Shown: piece by piece, positions 24,665-33,901 of the stretch
Numbering within the stretch: position 1 is the stretch's first letter
How the letters are laid out: each line of letters starts with the position of its first letter
NCBI GenBank assembly: GCA_016186915.1
Contig: JACPKU010000006.1
Coordinates: 12,488-76,487, forward strand
Reading direction: 5' to 3'
DNA: 64,000 bases
Origin: Candidatus Doudnabacteria bacterium
GTDB taxonomy: Bacteria; Patescibacteriota; Doudnabacteria; UBA920; O2-02-FULL-48-8
Made by a program: the position numbers and the translations under genes
Notes under the pieces: generated by a model
Database searches by the model: none
What the model was told of the DNA's origin: nothing
The model's input: only the letters and a program-made list of their open reading frames with translations

Positions 24665-26101
24665 TTAGTTTATTTTTTTCTTCTTCTTAGGCACCTCTAC
24701 CTTGAGATGCAATTCTTTGAGTTGTTTTTCAGTAACTTCCGAAGGGGAGCCCATCATCGGATCGGAAACAGATCCAGCAAGTGGAAAAGCGATTACTTCA
24801 GCAATTCTTTCTTCGCTGGCTAAGATTCGAATTAATCGATCAATTCCCGGAGCAATACCGCCGTGAGGGGGAACTCCGTAAGTAAAGGCTTCCAACATGT
24901 GGCTAAATTGTTTTTTTTGTTCTGGCGTAAAGCCAATGAGTTCAAAGATTTTTTCCTGTATTTTAGGATCGTGAATCCGAATACTGCCCCCGCCGATTTC
25001 CACCCCATTGAGCACTAAGTCGTGTTGTAGCCCCCGAGCCTTACCCGGGTCGCTGACCAGCAGAGAGATGTCATCAGGATGCGGAGCGGTGAACATATGA
25101 TGAGAAGGGGCCCACTTGCTTTCCCCTGAACCGTAGAAGAAGTCTTCCTCCGATTGTTCCGTGAACAGAGGGAAGTCCAAGACCCAGCAAAAAGCCAATT
25201 CATTGGGGTCTTGTTTATTTTTTCTTAAATCCGGCTTATCACTGTCGTATTTTGTCTTGGCTTCTCTGTGGCTAATCCGAGGCCAGGGAGTTTGAGTAAT
25301 TTTTTTCTCAGGCGTTAGAGTTTGGACTAAGGCAGTGAACAGTTTTTCAATCAGCTCTAAAATGTCGTTTTGTTCGACAAACGACACCTCCAAGTCGAGT
25401 TGATAAAATTCGCCTGGGCTTCTGTCCGCTCTGGCGTCTTCGTCGCGGAAACAGGGGGCGATTTGGAAATATTTTTCCAAACCCGCGACCATTAAAAGTT
25501 GTTTGTATTGCTGGGGGGATTGAGGGAGAGCGAAAAATTTTCCCGGATAAATACGAGAAGGAACCAGATAATCCCTTGCACCTTCAGGCGTAGATTTGGT
25601 TAAAATTGGCGTTTGGACTTCGGTGAATCCGAGGTCAGTTAAGTAGTTTCTAATAAAGTGGATGACTTTGTGTCGAAGTTTAAGATTTTTCTTCATCCGC
25701 TCACTTCTCAAATCAAGATAGCGGTACTTGAGTCTTTTTTCCTCATTTACATCTTTTGTATTGTCGATTTCAAAAGGTAAGGTTTCTGATTTATTGAGTA
25801 CGGTTAATTTACTTACCTCCAATTCAATCTTGCCTGTAGGCAACTCGTTGTTGATTTGTTTTTCATTGCGCTTTTTGATGGTCCCCTCTACCGCAAGTAC
25901 ATATTCACTTCGCACCGCTTGGGCGTTTTTGTGGGCTTGTGCCGCTACTTTTGGATTGACTACCAACTGCAAGATGCCTGTCATATCGCGCAAATCAAAA
26001 AAAATCAGCTTGCCGTGGTCGCGCCTGACATTCACCCAGCCCTGCAGCAAGACTTTTTCTCCAATTTTTTGCGGCGTTTCAGAAACGTAGGTTCTTTGCA
26101 T
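24665..26101 (-). CDS. aspS: Aspartyl-tRNA synthetase (compact, archaeal/non-discriminating-type length)
   Basis: N-terminal OB fold, class II motifs FRDEDARADRSPGEFYQLDLE and GGGSIRIHDP, C-terminal GIDRLIRIL. Confidence 0.9.
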   Translation of the reverse strand: MQRTYVSETPQKIGEKVLLQGWVNVRRDHGKLIFFDLRDMTGILQLVVNPKVAAQAHKNAQAVRSEYVLAVEGTIKKRNEKQINNELPTGKIELEVSKLTVLNKSETLPFEIDNTKDVNEEKRLKYRYLDLRSERMKKNLKLRHKVIHFIRNYLTDLGFTEVQTPILTKSTPEGARDYLVPSRIYPGKFFALPQSPQQYKQLLMVAGLEKYFQIAPCFRDEDARADRSPGEFYQLDLEVSFVEQNDILELIEKLFTALVQTLTPEKKITQTPWPRISHREAKTKYDSDKPDLRKNKQDPNELAFCWVLDFPLFTEQSEEDFFYGSGESKWAPSHHMFTAPHPDDISLLVSDPGKARGLQHDLVLNGVEIGGGSIRIHDPKIQEKIFELIGFTPEQKKQFSHMLEAFTYGVPPHGGIAPGIDRLIRILASEERIAEVIAFPLAGSVSDPMMGSPSEVTEKQLKELHLKVEVPKKKKKIN

Positions 26102-26131
26102 ATACTATAAATTTACTTGGCCAGTATAACA

Positions 26132-26170
26132 TAAAAAAAGCCCGGGCGCGAGTTGTGTTACGCGTCCGGG
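26132..26170 (-). terminator. Intrinsic terminator for the purSL-purQ operon (minus strand)
   Basis: gcccgggcgcg..cgcgtccgggc stem with A7 on the plus strand giving U7 on the minus strand; marks the low-GC/high-GC boundary. Confidence 0.7.
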
Positions 26171-26202
26171 CACACTGTGTGTCCATTGATCTTTCTTGAT
26201 TC

Positions 26203-26931
26203 CTAGCGCACCGCATCCACGCCGTTGCGGAAGATGGCTAGGCCGTCATCACCTCCTCGAAGTTTGTCCACCCGGCGGTCAGGGTGGGGCATTATTCCCA
26301 TGATCAGACCTGTTGCGTCGCAGGCTGCTGCGATGTGTGAGCCGTTCGGACTGGCCGGGTACTCTTTAGTCCCTTCTTCCGTTCCGTACGTGCCGGTAAT
26401 GTGGAGCCGGTCCAAGTCGCCGACGGGTCGTCCTTCGCCGTGCGCTGTAGGGATCACGATCGGCACACCCTCCAGTCCTTTGGTCCATATGCATCGGACC
26501 TTGGGCTCGTGTAGGTATACCGTGACGTTGTACCAGTGTTCGAAGTTGGCTGACTGGTTGAAATCCAGCGCCACAGTCGGCTCTCTTGCTGGGCCTGCGC
26601 CGATGAGTCCGGCAGCGGTCAGGACCTGGAAGCCGTTGCAGATTCCCAGCATGGGAATCCTTCGTTCGAGTACACGACTCAGTTGATCGGAAAGCCGGAG
26701 TCTCAGGTCAATGGCTTGCACTCGGCCAGTGCCGAAGTGATCGCCGTGACCGAATCCGCCCGGCCAGATAATCAGATCCGCCTCATCCAGCCGGCGCCTG
26801 CCCAGGAGGCACAGCTTGAGCGGCAGGACCTCCGGTCTGGCACCGGCAAGTTCAAGGGCGCGTTGGGTTTCCAGGTGGCAGTTCGTGCCCGGAACCCAAG
26901 GGATGATCGCACGAGGCTTGTGGGTTCTCAT
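26203..26931 (-). CDS. purQ: Phosphoribosylformylglycinamidine synthase, glutaminase subunit PurQ-like (class I GATase); high-GC island
   Basis: PGTNCHLE, PGGFGHGDH, GICNGFQVL, HGEGR, NPNGS motifs; start set at MRTHKP, giving an ATGA overlap with the purL stop; local GC ~60%. Confidence 0.85.
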   Translation of the reverse strand: MRTHKPRAIIPWVPGTNCHLETQRALELAGARPEVLPLKLCLLGRRRLDEADLIIWPGGFGHGDHFGTGRVQAIDLRLRLSDQLSRVLERRIPMLGICNGFQVLTAAGLIGAGPAREPTVALDFNQSANFEHWYNVTVYLHEPKVRCIWTKGLEGVPIVIPTAHGEGRPVGDLDRLHITGTYGTEEGTKEYPASPNGSHIAAACDATGLIMGIMPHPDRRVDKLRGGDDGLAIFRNGVDAVR

Positions 26932-29786
26932 GACACTACCTCCCGGAACGTTTTTGCCCACAGCGTGCTTAGTGTTGCGATGTCGGTTGTGAACAGGCGA
27001 TCCCCCGACACGTCGATTACCTGAACGTCGGGGTTGGGCGTGACCCAGCCGATTTCGACTGCGTCGTGGCCGAGCCATTTGTAGTCATCGGTTTTGGTCG
27101 TGAACACGATGCCACACGACATCTCTCCGAAAAGCGAGAAGAGCGAGTCGAAGGGTAGGTTGAGAACAAACCCGAGCCTGGATCCGATGGCCATCTCGAA
27201 CAGTCTTCGGATTAGTCCACCCTCAACCACGGCCGAACGCGAGCCTACCACACCTTTTCGCGCCAGGCTGTGGTATTTCGAAAATCCCTTGACTGCTTGA
27301 GCGAGGTCCACGATGGGCAGTTCGTTTCCGCGTTGTCCGTAGAGATCGAACAGCACTGATCCGCCGAGGTGCTTCTGCATAAGCCCTGGGCAGAACAGAA
27401 TGATGCGTTCTCCGACGTTTCCGAACGCCTTGGGTCGTAGTAGTCGGCCATCAGCCATGCGGCCAACTGTGAGAATATCCAGTGTCAGCGGCGCGTCGAT
27501 TCGTTCTCCTGATTTCGTTACAAACGTGCCGCTTGAACTGTCTTTGCCGGTGATGATAGGAACCCCGAGTTGTTCTGATGCCGGGACATACCCTTCCTTG
27601 ACCAGCTCGATCAGGGCTCGAGCATTGGTGGGGTTGTCCAGCACCTTAGGAGTGTAGACGTTGGCACAGGCTGTGATCTGCTTTGGGTCAAACCCGGCAG
27701 CCACAAGCTTGGTGACTGCTTGCAGGAAGACAAGTCGACCCAAGCCAGCTGGCGAGACCTCGCCGTAGAACTGATTGACCGCGTTACCTACCCCAAGCGC
27801 AAATCTTTTGCCTGGAACAGGTGCGGCGGCAAACAGATCATCTGGCATGTTCTGATCTTCACCACCGAGGTAGGGGATGAATGTGTTTCCTTGGACGGTC
27901 TGGTCGAATCGGTGTGCAGCCCACGATTGGTCGGCGAGATGGAAGTGGCCGAGGTGCTGGACGACAAGGTCTATCCAGTCCTGCTCGCTTGTGGGGATTG
28001 GCGGTTGGAACGGTTTTGGCTTTGGGAGCCGATCAGCCACCTCAATGCGTGGAAGGGGACAGTCATCCGTGAGGAACTCGTATGGCAGGTCCTCTACAAT
28101 CCCTTTTTCCGAAAGGGCCGGGGTTTGGAGCCATTGACGCTGGTCGAGTTCATCGTCAAACGCCACGACGCAGCGTCCGGTGTTGGTAAACATACCGATT
28201 ACGTCTGACGGCACGTCGTATTGGTCCAGAGTGTCTAGGGCCAGATCAAGGCGGCCAGGAGGAACGGCGATAACCATCCGCTCCTGGGATTCAGATAGCC
28301 AGATTTGCCAGCAGGACAGGCCAGCTGTCTTGAGTCGCACCCAAGCCAGGTTGACCCAGATGCCGCAACTCGAACCCATCTCACCAGCAGCAGAAGCAAG
28401 TCCGGCTGCGCCGCAGTCTGTGATTGCTCGGATGCAGCCCTGGTCGCGCAGAATAGGCACTGCTTCCATGAACTTGCGCTGTTCGATTGGGGCGCCGATT
28501 TGGACATGCGCTGCGTCCACGACTGCTGTTTGGTGGGTCATGCTGTCTGAACTGACCGTGGCGCCGTGGATCCCGTCGTTGCCTGTGGGACCACCAATGA
28601 GGAAGATGAAATCCCCAGGCACAGGTGCGCCCTTTTGGGCTTTGTCCTCGGGAATGATCCCGATACTGTGCCCTAGCGCAAACCCTTTCCAGTTGCGAGG
28701 ATGCATGAGGTAGGCAGAACAGGCCATGGGGATGCCCATTGGGTTCGTATATTCGTGTGTTCCGCGGATGGCTTCTTGGATTACTCTGGCCGGGTGGAAA
28801 GCACCTTCTGGCACGTCGTTCCAGTTGGTTCTGGGATCGGTAGTGGCCATGATGGTTGTGCCGCAAACAGGCCAACCTCCGAGCCCAGTTCCGATAACGT
28901 CGCGGATCACCCCGCCGTGCTTGGTCATGATACCGCCGTAAGGGTCGCCAGCGAATGTGGGAGAGATGTGGGTCTCGCCCTTGATGATCACGGCCCAGCC
29001 GCCGAACAGCTCCATCACTCCGCCGTTGTCCACGAAACATGACAGCACCAGCGGGTGGTTGATCTTTTCGGTCGCGGCCCGAATACACGGCAGCAGCCCC
29101 AGAGCCTTGAAGGTTGTGTGGAAGCAGTGGTCAGACCAGGCCGCGGCCGGATGTTCGAGTTCGACATCAGTCAGTGCGCGTCGCAGATTTCGACTGATGT
29201 GCTGTATCGCTAGTAGTTGTGCGTCCGTGAGGTGAGTCATCTTTCGGCTCTTTGCGAGGGTTTTCAGTTCTGCTTTGTCCATGCCCGCGACTGAAAAAAA
29301 CTGGACGGGCAAAGCCTCTGCTTGAGGGATCAGGGTGTCCCATTGCGCTTCGTTGATCACCTGCACTTCTGGGTTGTACAGATGGCGTGCGGCGATTTCC
29401 CGAGCAGCGATTTCGTCCACACCGGAAAATTGATACCGGTGCGCCAAGCGAACCCAGGTAACACCTTGGACACCGACAGCCTGGAAAGCGTGGAGGGCGG
29501 TTGGCATTTCCGGGTCGGTCATTGCCCGTTTGTAAGCCACTTCGATCACTGGTCCGCGGCTTAGATCGAGACGTGAACTAGAGAACGCAGTCTCGATCAC
29601 GGGATTTGCAAAAAGAATCCCGATGCGCGCCAGGTCAGCGATGGAAAGCTCAGGGCCTTCGCAACGGATCACCACCTCAATGTTCACTGACCTGAGTGAC
29701 GGCCAGGAGGCGAGAGCCGCGGCATGCAGTCTTTTGGCGATTGGGTCGTCGACGGTCCGAGTTTTGAAGAGAGTCAAAATTGGCAT
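26928..29786 (-). CDS. purL: PurS-PurL fusion: phosphoribosylformylglycinamidine synthase synthetase subunit with N-terminal PurS-like domain; high-GC island
   Basis: N-terminal FANPVIETAF-type PurS-like module; ETHISPTFAGDPYGGIMTKHGGVIRDVIGTG matches the PurL ETHNHP..PY.GAATG.GG.IRD motif; duplicated PurM-like halves; start set at the ATG preceded by ggaga (the track start at 29798 is a TTG). Confidence 0.85.
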   Translation of the reverse strand: MPILTLFKTRTVDDPIAKRLHAAALASWPSLRSVNIEVVIRCEGPELSIADLARIGILFANPVIETAFSSSRLDLSRGPVIEVAYKRAMTDPEMPTALHAFQAVGVQGVTWVRLAHRYQFSGVDEIAAREIAARHLYNPEVQVINEAQWDTLIPQAEALPVQFFSVAGMDKAELKTLAKSRKMTHLTDAQLLAIQHISRNLRRALTDVELEHPAAAWSDHCFHTTFKALGLLPCIRAATEKINHPLVLSCFVDNGGVMELFGGWAVIIKGETHISPTFAGDPYGGIMTKHGGVIRDVIGTGLGGWPVCGTTIMATTDPRTNWNDVPEGAFHPARVIQEAIRGTHEYTNPMGIPMACSAYLMHPRNWKGFALGHSIGIIPEDKAQKGAPVPGDFIFLIGGPTGNDGIHGATVSSDSMTHQTAVVDAAHVQIGAPIEQRKFMEAVPILRDQGCIRAITDCGAAGLASAAGEMGSSCGIWVNLAWVRLKTAGLSCWQIWLSESQERMVIAVPPGRLDLALDTLDQYDVPSDVIGMFTNTGRCVVAFDDELDQRQWLQTPALSEKGIVEDLPYEFLTDDCPLPRIEVADRLPKPKPFQPPIPTSEQDWIDLVVQHLGHFHLADQSWAAHRFDQTVQGNTFIPYLGGEDQNMPDDLFAAAPVPGKRFALGVGNAVNQFYGEVSPAGLGRLVFLQAVTKLVAAGFDPKQITACANVYTPKVLDNPTNARALIELVKEGYVPASEQLGVPIITGKDSSSGTFVTKSGERIDAPLTLDILTVGRMADGRLLRPKAFGNVGERIILFCPGLMQKHLGGSVLFDLYGQRGNELPIVDLAQAVKGFSKYHSLARKGVVGSRSAVVEGGLIRRLFEMAIGSRLGFVLNLPFDSLFSLFGEMSCGIVFTTKTDDYKWLGHDAVEIGWVTPNPDVQVIDVSGDRLFTTDIATLSTLWAKTFREVVS

Positions 29787-29902
29787 CAGGTTCTCCAATA
29801 TTGAAAGAAAGATCGTTTTCCTCCTACGAACTTACAAGAACTTCAAGGACGCTCGCCCTTGACTTTCCAGTCTACCATAGTTTGATGGTTGGAGAAAATA
29901 AT

Positions 29903-29913
29903 TATGGTATAAT
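29903..29913 (+). promoter_or_regulatory. Extended -10 TATGGTATAAT promoter; the transcript is probably near-leaderless for the exonuclease gene
   Basis: -10 ends 8 nt before the ATG at 29922. Confidence 0.5.
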
Positions 29914-29921
29914 GCACGAGT

Positions 29922-30500
29922 ATGTTAAATAAAATTGTTCTCGATCTTGAAACTCAAAAATCGTTTGATGAAGTAGGCGGCAGGGACCGGAACCATATGT
30001 TGAAAGTCTCGGTGGTGGGGATTTATTCTTATTCGTTGAATAAATTTTCGACCTTCACCGAAAGTCAGTTGTTTCGCCTTGGCGAGATGCTCGCAGAGGC
30101 AGATCAGATCATTGGTTTTAACATAAAAAATTTCGATTTTCCAGTCTTACAGCCTTATCTAAGTTTTAAACTTAATAAAATTCCTCATCTCGACATCTTG
30201 GAAGAGGTGGAGAAGCTTATCGGGCACAGAGTGAAGCTGGACAACCTGGCCCAGACGACCCTGGGGACAGCCAAGAGCGGGGACGGACTGATGGCCTTAA
30301 AGCTTTTCAAACAGGGGAGGATGGAGGAGTTAAAAAAATATTGTTTGGATGATGTCAAAATCACGCGCGATTTGTACAACTACGTCCGGAAATACGGCAA
30401 ACTTATTTATAAAGATTACTTTGAAACCCGAGAAATAAAAATAAATTTTGAGGAGCCGCAAGGAAGACAGAAGGCCTCGCGTCAAGCTTCATTATTCTGA
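29922..30500 (+). CDS. RNase H-fold 3'-5' exonuclease-like protein (PolB-exonuclease-like / YprB-type)
   Basis: VLDLETQ (Exo I-like acidic motif) and IIGFNIKNFDFPVL (Exo II-like), plus YCLDDVKITRDLY. Confidence 0.5.
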   Translation: MLNKIVLDLETQKSFDEVGGRDRNHMLKVSVVGIYSYSLNKFSTFTESQLFRLGEMLAEADQIIGFNIKNFDFPVLQPYLSFKLNKIPHLDILEEVEKLIGHRVKLDNLAQTTLGTAKSGDGLMALKLFKQGRMEELKKYCLDDVKITRDLYNYVRKYGKLIYKDYFETREIKINFEEPQGRQKASRQASLF

Positions 30501-30501
30501 C

Positions 30502-31359
30502 ATGAAAAAATATATCTTTTGGTTATCAGTGTCGGTATCAGTATTGACAGGCACGGCGTTAGTTTATTTTTTCTTTGTGCCCGCGTTCGCAGGAAAGATT
30601 ATAATCTCTCCAGTTATTGATCTTGGTATTTTCACTATTCGCTGGTATGGTCTAATGATCGCTTTGGCGGTTTTGACAGGATTTTTAGTCGCCCGGAAGT
30701 ATGCTTGGAAATTCGGCATTGATGCAAGACAGTTGACTGATTTTGCTTTTTGGTTGGTGATTGTGTCGGGAATCGGGGCAAGATTATACTTTGTTATTTT
30801 CGAGTTTAATTATTTTGTTCGCAATCCTCTGGAGATTGTAGAAATCTGGCATGGCGGGATTTCGATTTATGGCGCAGTCATCTCAGGCTTCGTTTTTGCT
30901 TTTTTCTATGCAAGGCGAAAAGCATATTCTTCCTGGCAACTGATGGATCTGACCGCGCTTTCATTACCGCTGGCGCAGGCAGTCGGCCGTTTCGGTAATT
31001 TTTTCAATCAAGAAGCTTTCGGACTCCCTACGAACTTGCCCTGGAAAATGTTCGTTGGTAGAAACAACCGGCCTCTGGAGTTTGTTGACGCTGATTTTTT
31101 TCATCCTACTTTTTTGTATGAAGCAATCTGGAATGTTATTGTTTTTTTCGTTCTTTTAAAACTGGTCGGGCGGCACAAAAGCGGAGTTTTAGCCTTTGCA
31201 TATTTGATGTCCTATTCATTGGGCAGGTTTTTTATTGAAGGCATCCGGCTTGACAGCGCCCTTATTATGGGGTTTAGATCTGATCAGGTTATCGCGTTGA
31301 TTATTTTTCTTTTCGCCGGATTTATGATTTACCGCTTGTCTCGCACGCCACAACAGTAA
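30502..31359 (+). CDS. lgt: Prolipoprotein diacylglyceryl transferase
   Basis: Lgt signature GRFGNFFNQEAFG, WHGGISIYG, HPTFLYEAIWN; 7 TM. Confidence 0.9.
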   Translation: MKKYIFWLSVSVSVLTGTALVYFFFVPAFAGKIIISPVIDLGIFTIRWYGLMIALAVLTGFLVARKYAWKFGIDARQLTDFAFWLVIVSGIGARLYFVIFEFNYFVRNPLEIVEIWHGGISIYGAVISGFVFAFFYARRKAYSSWQLMDLTALSLPLAQAVGRFGNFFNQEAFGLPTNLPWKMFVGRNNRPLEFVDADFFHPTFLYEAIWNVIVFFVLLKLVGRHKSGVLAFAYLMSYSLGRFFIEGIRLDSALIMGFRSDQVIALIIFLFAGFMIYRLSRTPQQ

Positions 31360-31418
31360 TGGCGCCTAAGTGCGGGGGTTGAAAAAAGCCTGAAAAATTG
31401 CTATTCTTTTAGTCTAAT

Positions 31419-32135
31419 TTGCTTATGACCAAACACCTTTCTGCCATTTCGCTAAGTTTGCTGCTCCTTTTTGCACTAAGTGGAAGTACAGGCAGTATTT
31501 CATTACTCGCAGTATTTGTGTTAGGGCTGATTCTGATCACCTACCTTGTTAATTTTTTCAGATTAGGATTCACCTGGCCGCACCTGCTCCTCCCGACTTT
31601 TTTCTTGCTGGCCGTCGGGTTTGTGTTTACGATTATTACCACCCCGACATTGCGATTGATTTTTCTTTTGGTTGCCGCTGCCCTGTTTTATTTCTTGGAA
31701 ACAAAGCTCGGCCGCGAAAGTCATTATCTTCAAGGACTGTACTTATTTTCCATATTTGGCATCTATGCCGGACTGTTTGCTTTGCGATTTTATCTTAATC
31801 TAAATGTTTGGCTGTTGTTGCTGTTGATAATTTTGGCTACTTATTTTTTTTCCATCCAGGGATTTGCCGGATTTGATCTTTCGTCCAAACGGAATTTTAT
31901 CTTCATAATTGTTTTAGTTATTGCACAGTCAGGTCTGGGACTGACGCTTTGGCCAACCCATTTTTTGATCAACGCCGCAGTATTGTTTACGTTTTTCTAT
32001 TTATTGTGGATTTTTGCTGTTTCCGCCTTTTTGGGCAAACTGACTATGAAAAAGATCTTTTGGCAGATTGGTTTGGTAAGCGTTTTTTTGCTAATCATAT
32101 TGTCTTCAGCGGCTTGGCGCCCGCTTTTGAGTTAA
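31419..32135 (+). CDS. Polytopic membrane protein, hypothetical
   Basis: 6-7 hydrophobic helices; no recognisable motif. Confidence 0.5.
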   Translation: MLMTKHLSAISLSLLLLFALSGSTGSISLLAVFVLGLILITYLVNFFRLGFTWPHLLLPTFFLLAVGFVFTIITTPTLRLIFLLVAAALFYFLETKLGRESHYLQGLYLFSIFGIYAGLFALRFYLNLNVWLLLLLIILATYFFSIQGFAGFDLSSKRNFIFIIVLVIAQSGLGLTLWPTHFLINAAVLFTFFYLLWIFAVSAFLGKLTMKKIFWQIGLVSVFLLIILSSAAWRPLLS

Positions 32136-32139
32136 ACTC

Positions 32140-32433
32140 ATGTCTCCATCCCGAAGAATTGATTGGTCAATTTATACCCCGTTTCAGCAGAGAGTCTTTC
32201 GTGTCATTATGAAAATCCCGAAAGGCCGGGTGTTGACTTATGGCCAGGTGGCCACAAAAATGGGAAACAAAAAATGGGCCAGAGCAGTGGGACAAGCGCT
32301 GGCTAAAAACCAACACGCGCCCGCTATTCCTTGCCATAGGGTTGTGGGTTATAATAGTATGGGTGGCTACAGTGCCGAAGGAGGCGTGAAGCGCAAGGCT
32401 AAATTATTATTGAGGGAAGGACATCATGTCTAA
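32140..32433 (+). CDS. Methylated-DNA--protein-cysteine methyltransferase (Ogt/MGMT) DNA-binding/active-site domain protein
   Basis: PCHRVV active-site motif and the surrounding HTH of the MGMT C-terminal domain. Confidence 0.8.
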   Translation: MSPSRRIDWSIYTPFQQRVFRVIMKIPKGRVLTYGQVATKMGNKKWARAVGQALAKNQHAPAIPCHRVVGYNSMGGYSAEGGVKRKAKLLLREGHHV

Positions 32434-33490
32434 AAAACTTTTACTTCAGATATTAATCATTTCATTCATTGTGGGTGCTTTTGGCAGTATTTTTTTTGAT
32501 CGCGTGGTTCTCCCGCCGCTTTCTACCTTCCCGGGTCTGTCATGGTTGAGCAGGCTTCGAAGCGACACGCCAATTGTGATTACCAGAAAAGAAGAAGTCC
32601 GGCTCAACGAGGGCGTGAATTTGATAGAGTTGACTAAGCAAGCACAGGGGTTTACAGTCAGCATCTTTAATGTTTCAGAATCAAGCACCGAGCTTTTGGG
32701 AAGCGGGATTATCCTATCTTCCGACGGTTTAATTTTTACTGCCAAAGCAGTGGTCGGATCACAAAGCGAAGTTACTGTGGTGCTCAACGACGGCTCAAAT
32801 TATCCAGGCTTGGTGCGGGCGCTGGACCCAAACAGTGAGTTGGCCGTGGTGACCATTCCGACAAACAATCTTCCTATAGCGCAGTTTGAAAAAGTGGCTG
32901 ATTTGGTGGTGGCGCAAAGAGTTTTGGCGCTTGGCAAAACCACGGAGCCGTTTACTAGAAAATTCGCCTCCGGCTTTGTGACCAAAACGGTTTTCAATAA
33001 TCCTGACCCGAATAAAGTTTTTTCCTCTGATTTTTTGGGCAGCACGATTCTTACTGACGCTCCGCTGTCAAACGATTTTGCAGGAGGCCCGGTGTTTAAC
33101 CTAAACGGCCGAGTGGTGGGTATGGTGGCGGATACCGGCGGGAAAATATTAATTTCTGAAAGCTTGGATCCCGCGCTGAAGACCTATTTGGCAGAAGGCA
33201 AAATTGTCCGTCCTAAGCTCGGATTGAATTATATCAACATCACTGATAGTCTGGCGAAGCTCCTTGGTTTGAATTTTGGCGGCGCTAGAGTGGTACAGAT
33301 TCAACGGGGGGGAGCAGCGAGCCTGGCAGGCCTGAAGGTTAATGACGTGGTCGTGGAGATTGAGGGGCAATCAGTTGTGGAGAAAAACTTTGAGTTTGTT
33401 TTCAACAGCAATCTTTCCGAGAACATGAGATTTGTGATTTTGCGAGACAACGAAAGGGAAGAGATAATTGTTAATCCAGTAATTGAGTAA
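32426..33490 (+). CDS. HtrA/DegP-like trypsin-fold + PDZ protein with all three catalytic-triad positions substituted (predicted pseudo-protease)
   Basis: Aligned to the DegP motifs TNAHVV / DIALL / GNSGGP this protein reads TAKAVV / ELAVV / NDFAGGP (His to Lys, Asp to Glu, Ser to Ala); C-terminal PDZ domain intact; N-terminal TM. Confidence 0.65.
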   Translation: MSKKLLLQILIISFIVGAFGSIFFDRVVLPPLSTFPGLSWLSRLRSDTPIVITRKEEVRLNEGVNLIELTKQAQGFTVSIFNVSESSTELLGSGIILSSDGLIFTAKAVVGSQSEVTVVLNDGSNYPGLVRALDPNSELAVVTIPTNNLPIAQFEKVADLVVAQRVLALGKTTEPFTRKFASGFVTKTVFNNPDPNKVFSSDFLGSTILTDAPLSNDFAGGPVFNLNGRVVGMVADTGGKILISESLDPALKTYLAEGKIVRPKLGLNYINITDSLAKLLGLNFGGARVVQIQRGGAASLAGLKVNDVVVEIEGQSVVEKNFEFVFNSNLSENMRFVILRDNEREEIIVNPVIE

Positions 33491-33492
33491 AT

Positions 33493-33900
33493 ATGCAAGA
33501 TTGTATTTTTTGTAAAATCGTTGAAGGATCGATTCCGTCGAATAAGGTTTACGAGGACGATCAGGTCTTAGCATTTTTGGATATCCGGCCAGTGAGTAAG
33601 GGGCACACCTTAGTTATTCCCAAAAAACATTCTCAAGACTTGTTGGATACTGACGACGAGACGCTGCAGCACCTTCTACTGGCAGCCAAAAAAGTGTCCC
33701 GGGCCGTAGTAAAGGCCACGGGGGCTCAAGGCTTTAATCTCGGGGTGAACAATGGCAAAGATTCAGGTCAGGAAGTGATGCATTTGCATTTTCATATCAT
33801 TCCTCGATACGTCAATGACGGTCTAAGCCCGTGGCCGCACCGAGAAAGCGATCCCACCGCCCTTTCCGAGCTTGCAAAAAATATTAAGCAGGCGTTTTGA
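33493..33900 (+). CDS. HIT-family (histidine triad) nucleotide hydrolase
   Basis: CIFCKI..; HLHFHIIPR histidine-triad motif. Confidence 0.85.
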   Translation: MQDCIFCKIVEGSIPSNKVYEDDQVLAFLDIRPVSKGHTLVIPKKHSQDLLDTDDETLQHLLLAAKKVSRAVVKATGAQGFNLGVNNGKDSGQEVMHLHFHIIPRYVNDGLSPWPHRESDPTALSELAKNIKQAF

Positions 33901-33901
33901 T

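Noticed and set aside
27094-29564. Numerous 60-235-aa ORFs on both strands inside the purSL/purQ region (for example 28381-29088 minus, 28180-28713 plus)
   Set aside because: They lie antisense or out of frame within a well-supported PurL/PurQ coding region; high GC suppresses stop codons and generates long spurious ORFs.
26132-29800. High-GC islands as simple contamination or chimeric assembly
   Set aside because: This cannot be excluded from sequence alone. However, each island is bounded by sensible terminators, ATGA-coupled or overlapping host-like promoters and operators (the same 14-bp palindrome sits in low-GC DNA on both sides of island 2), so genuine integration is favoured; kept as a finding with read-level checks suggested.
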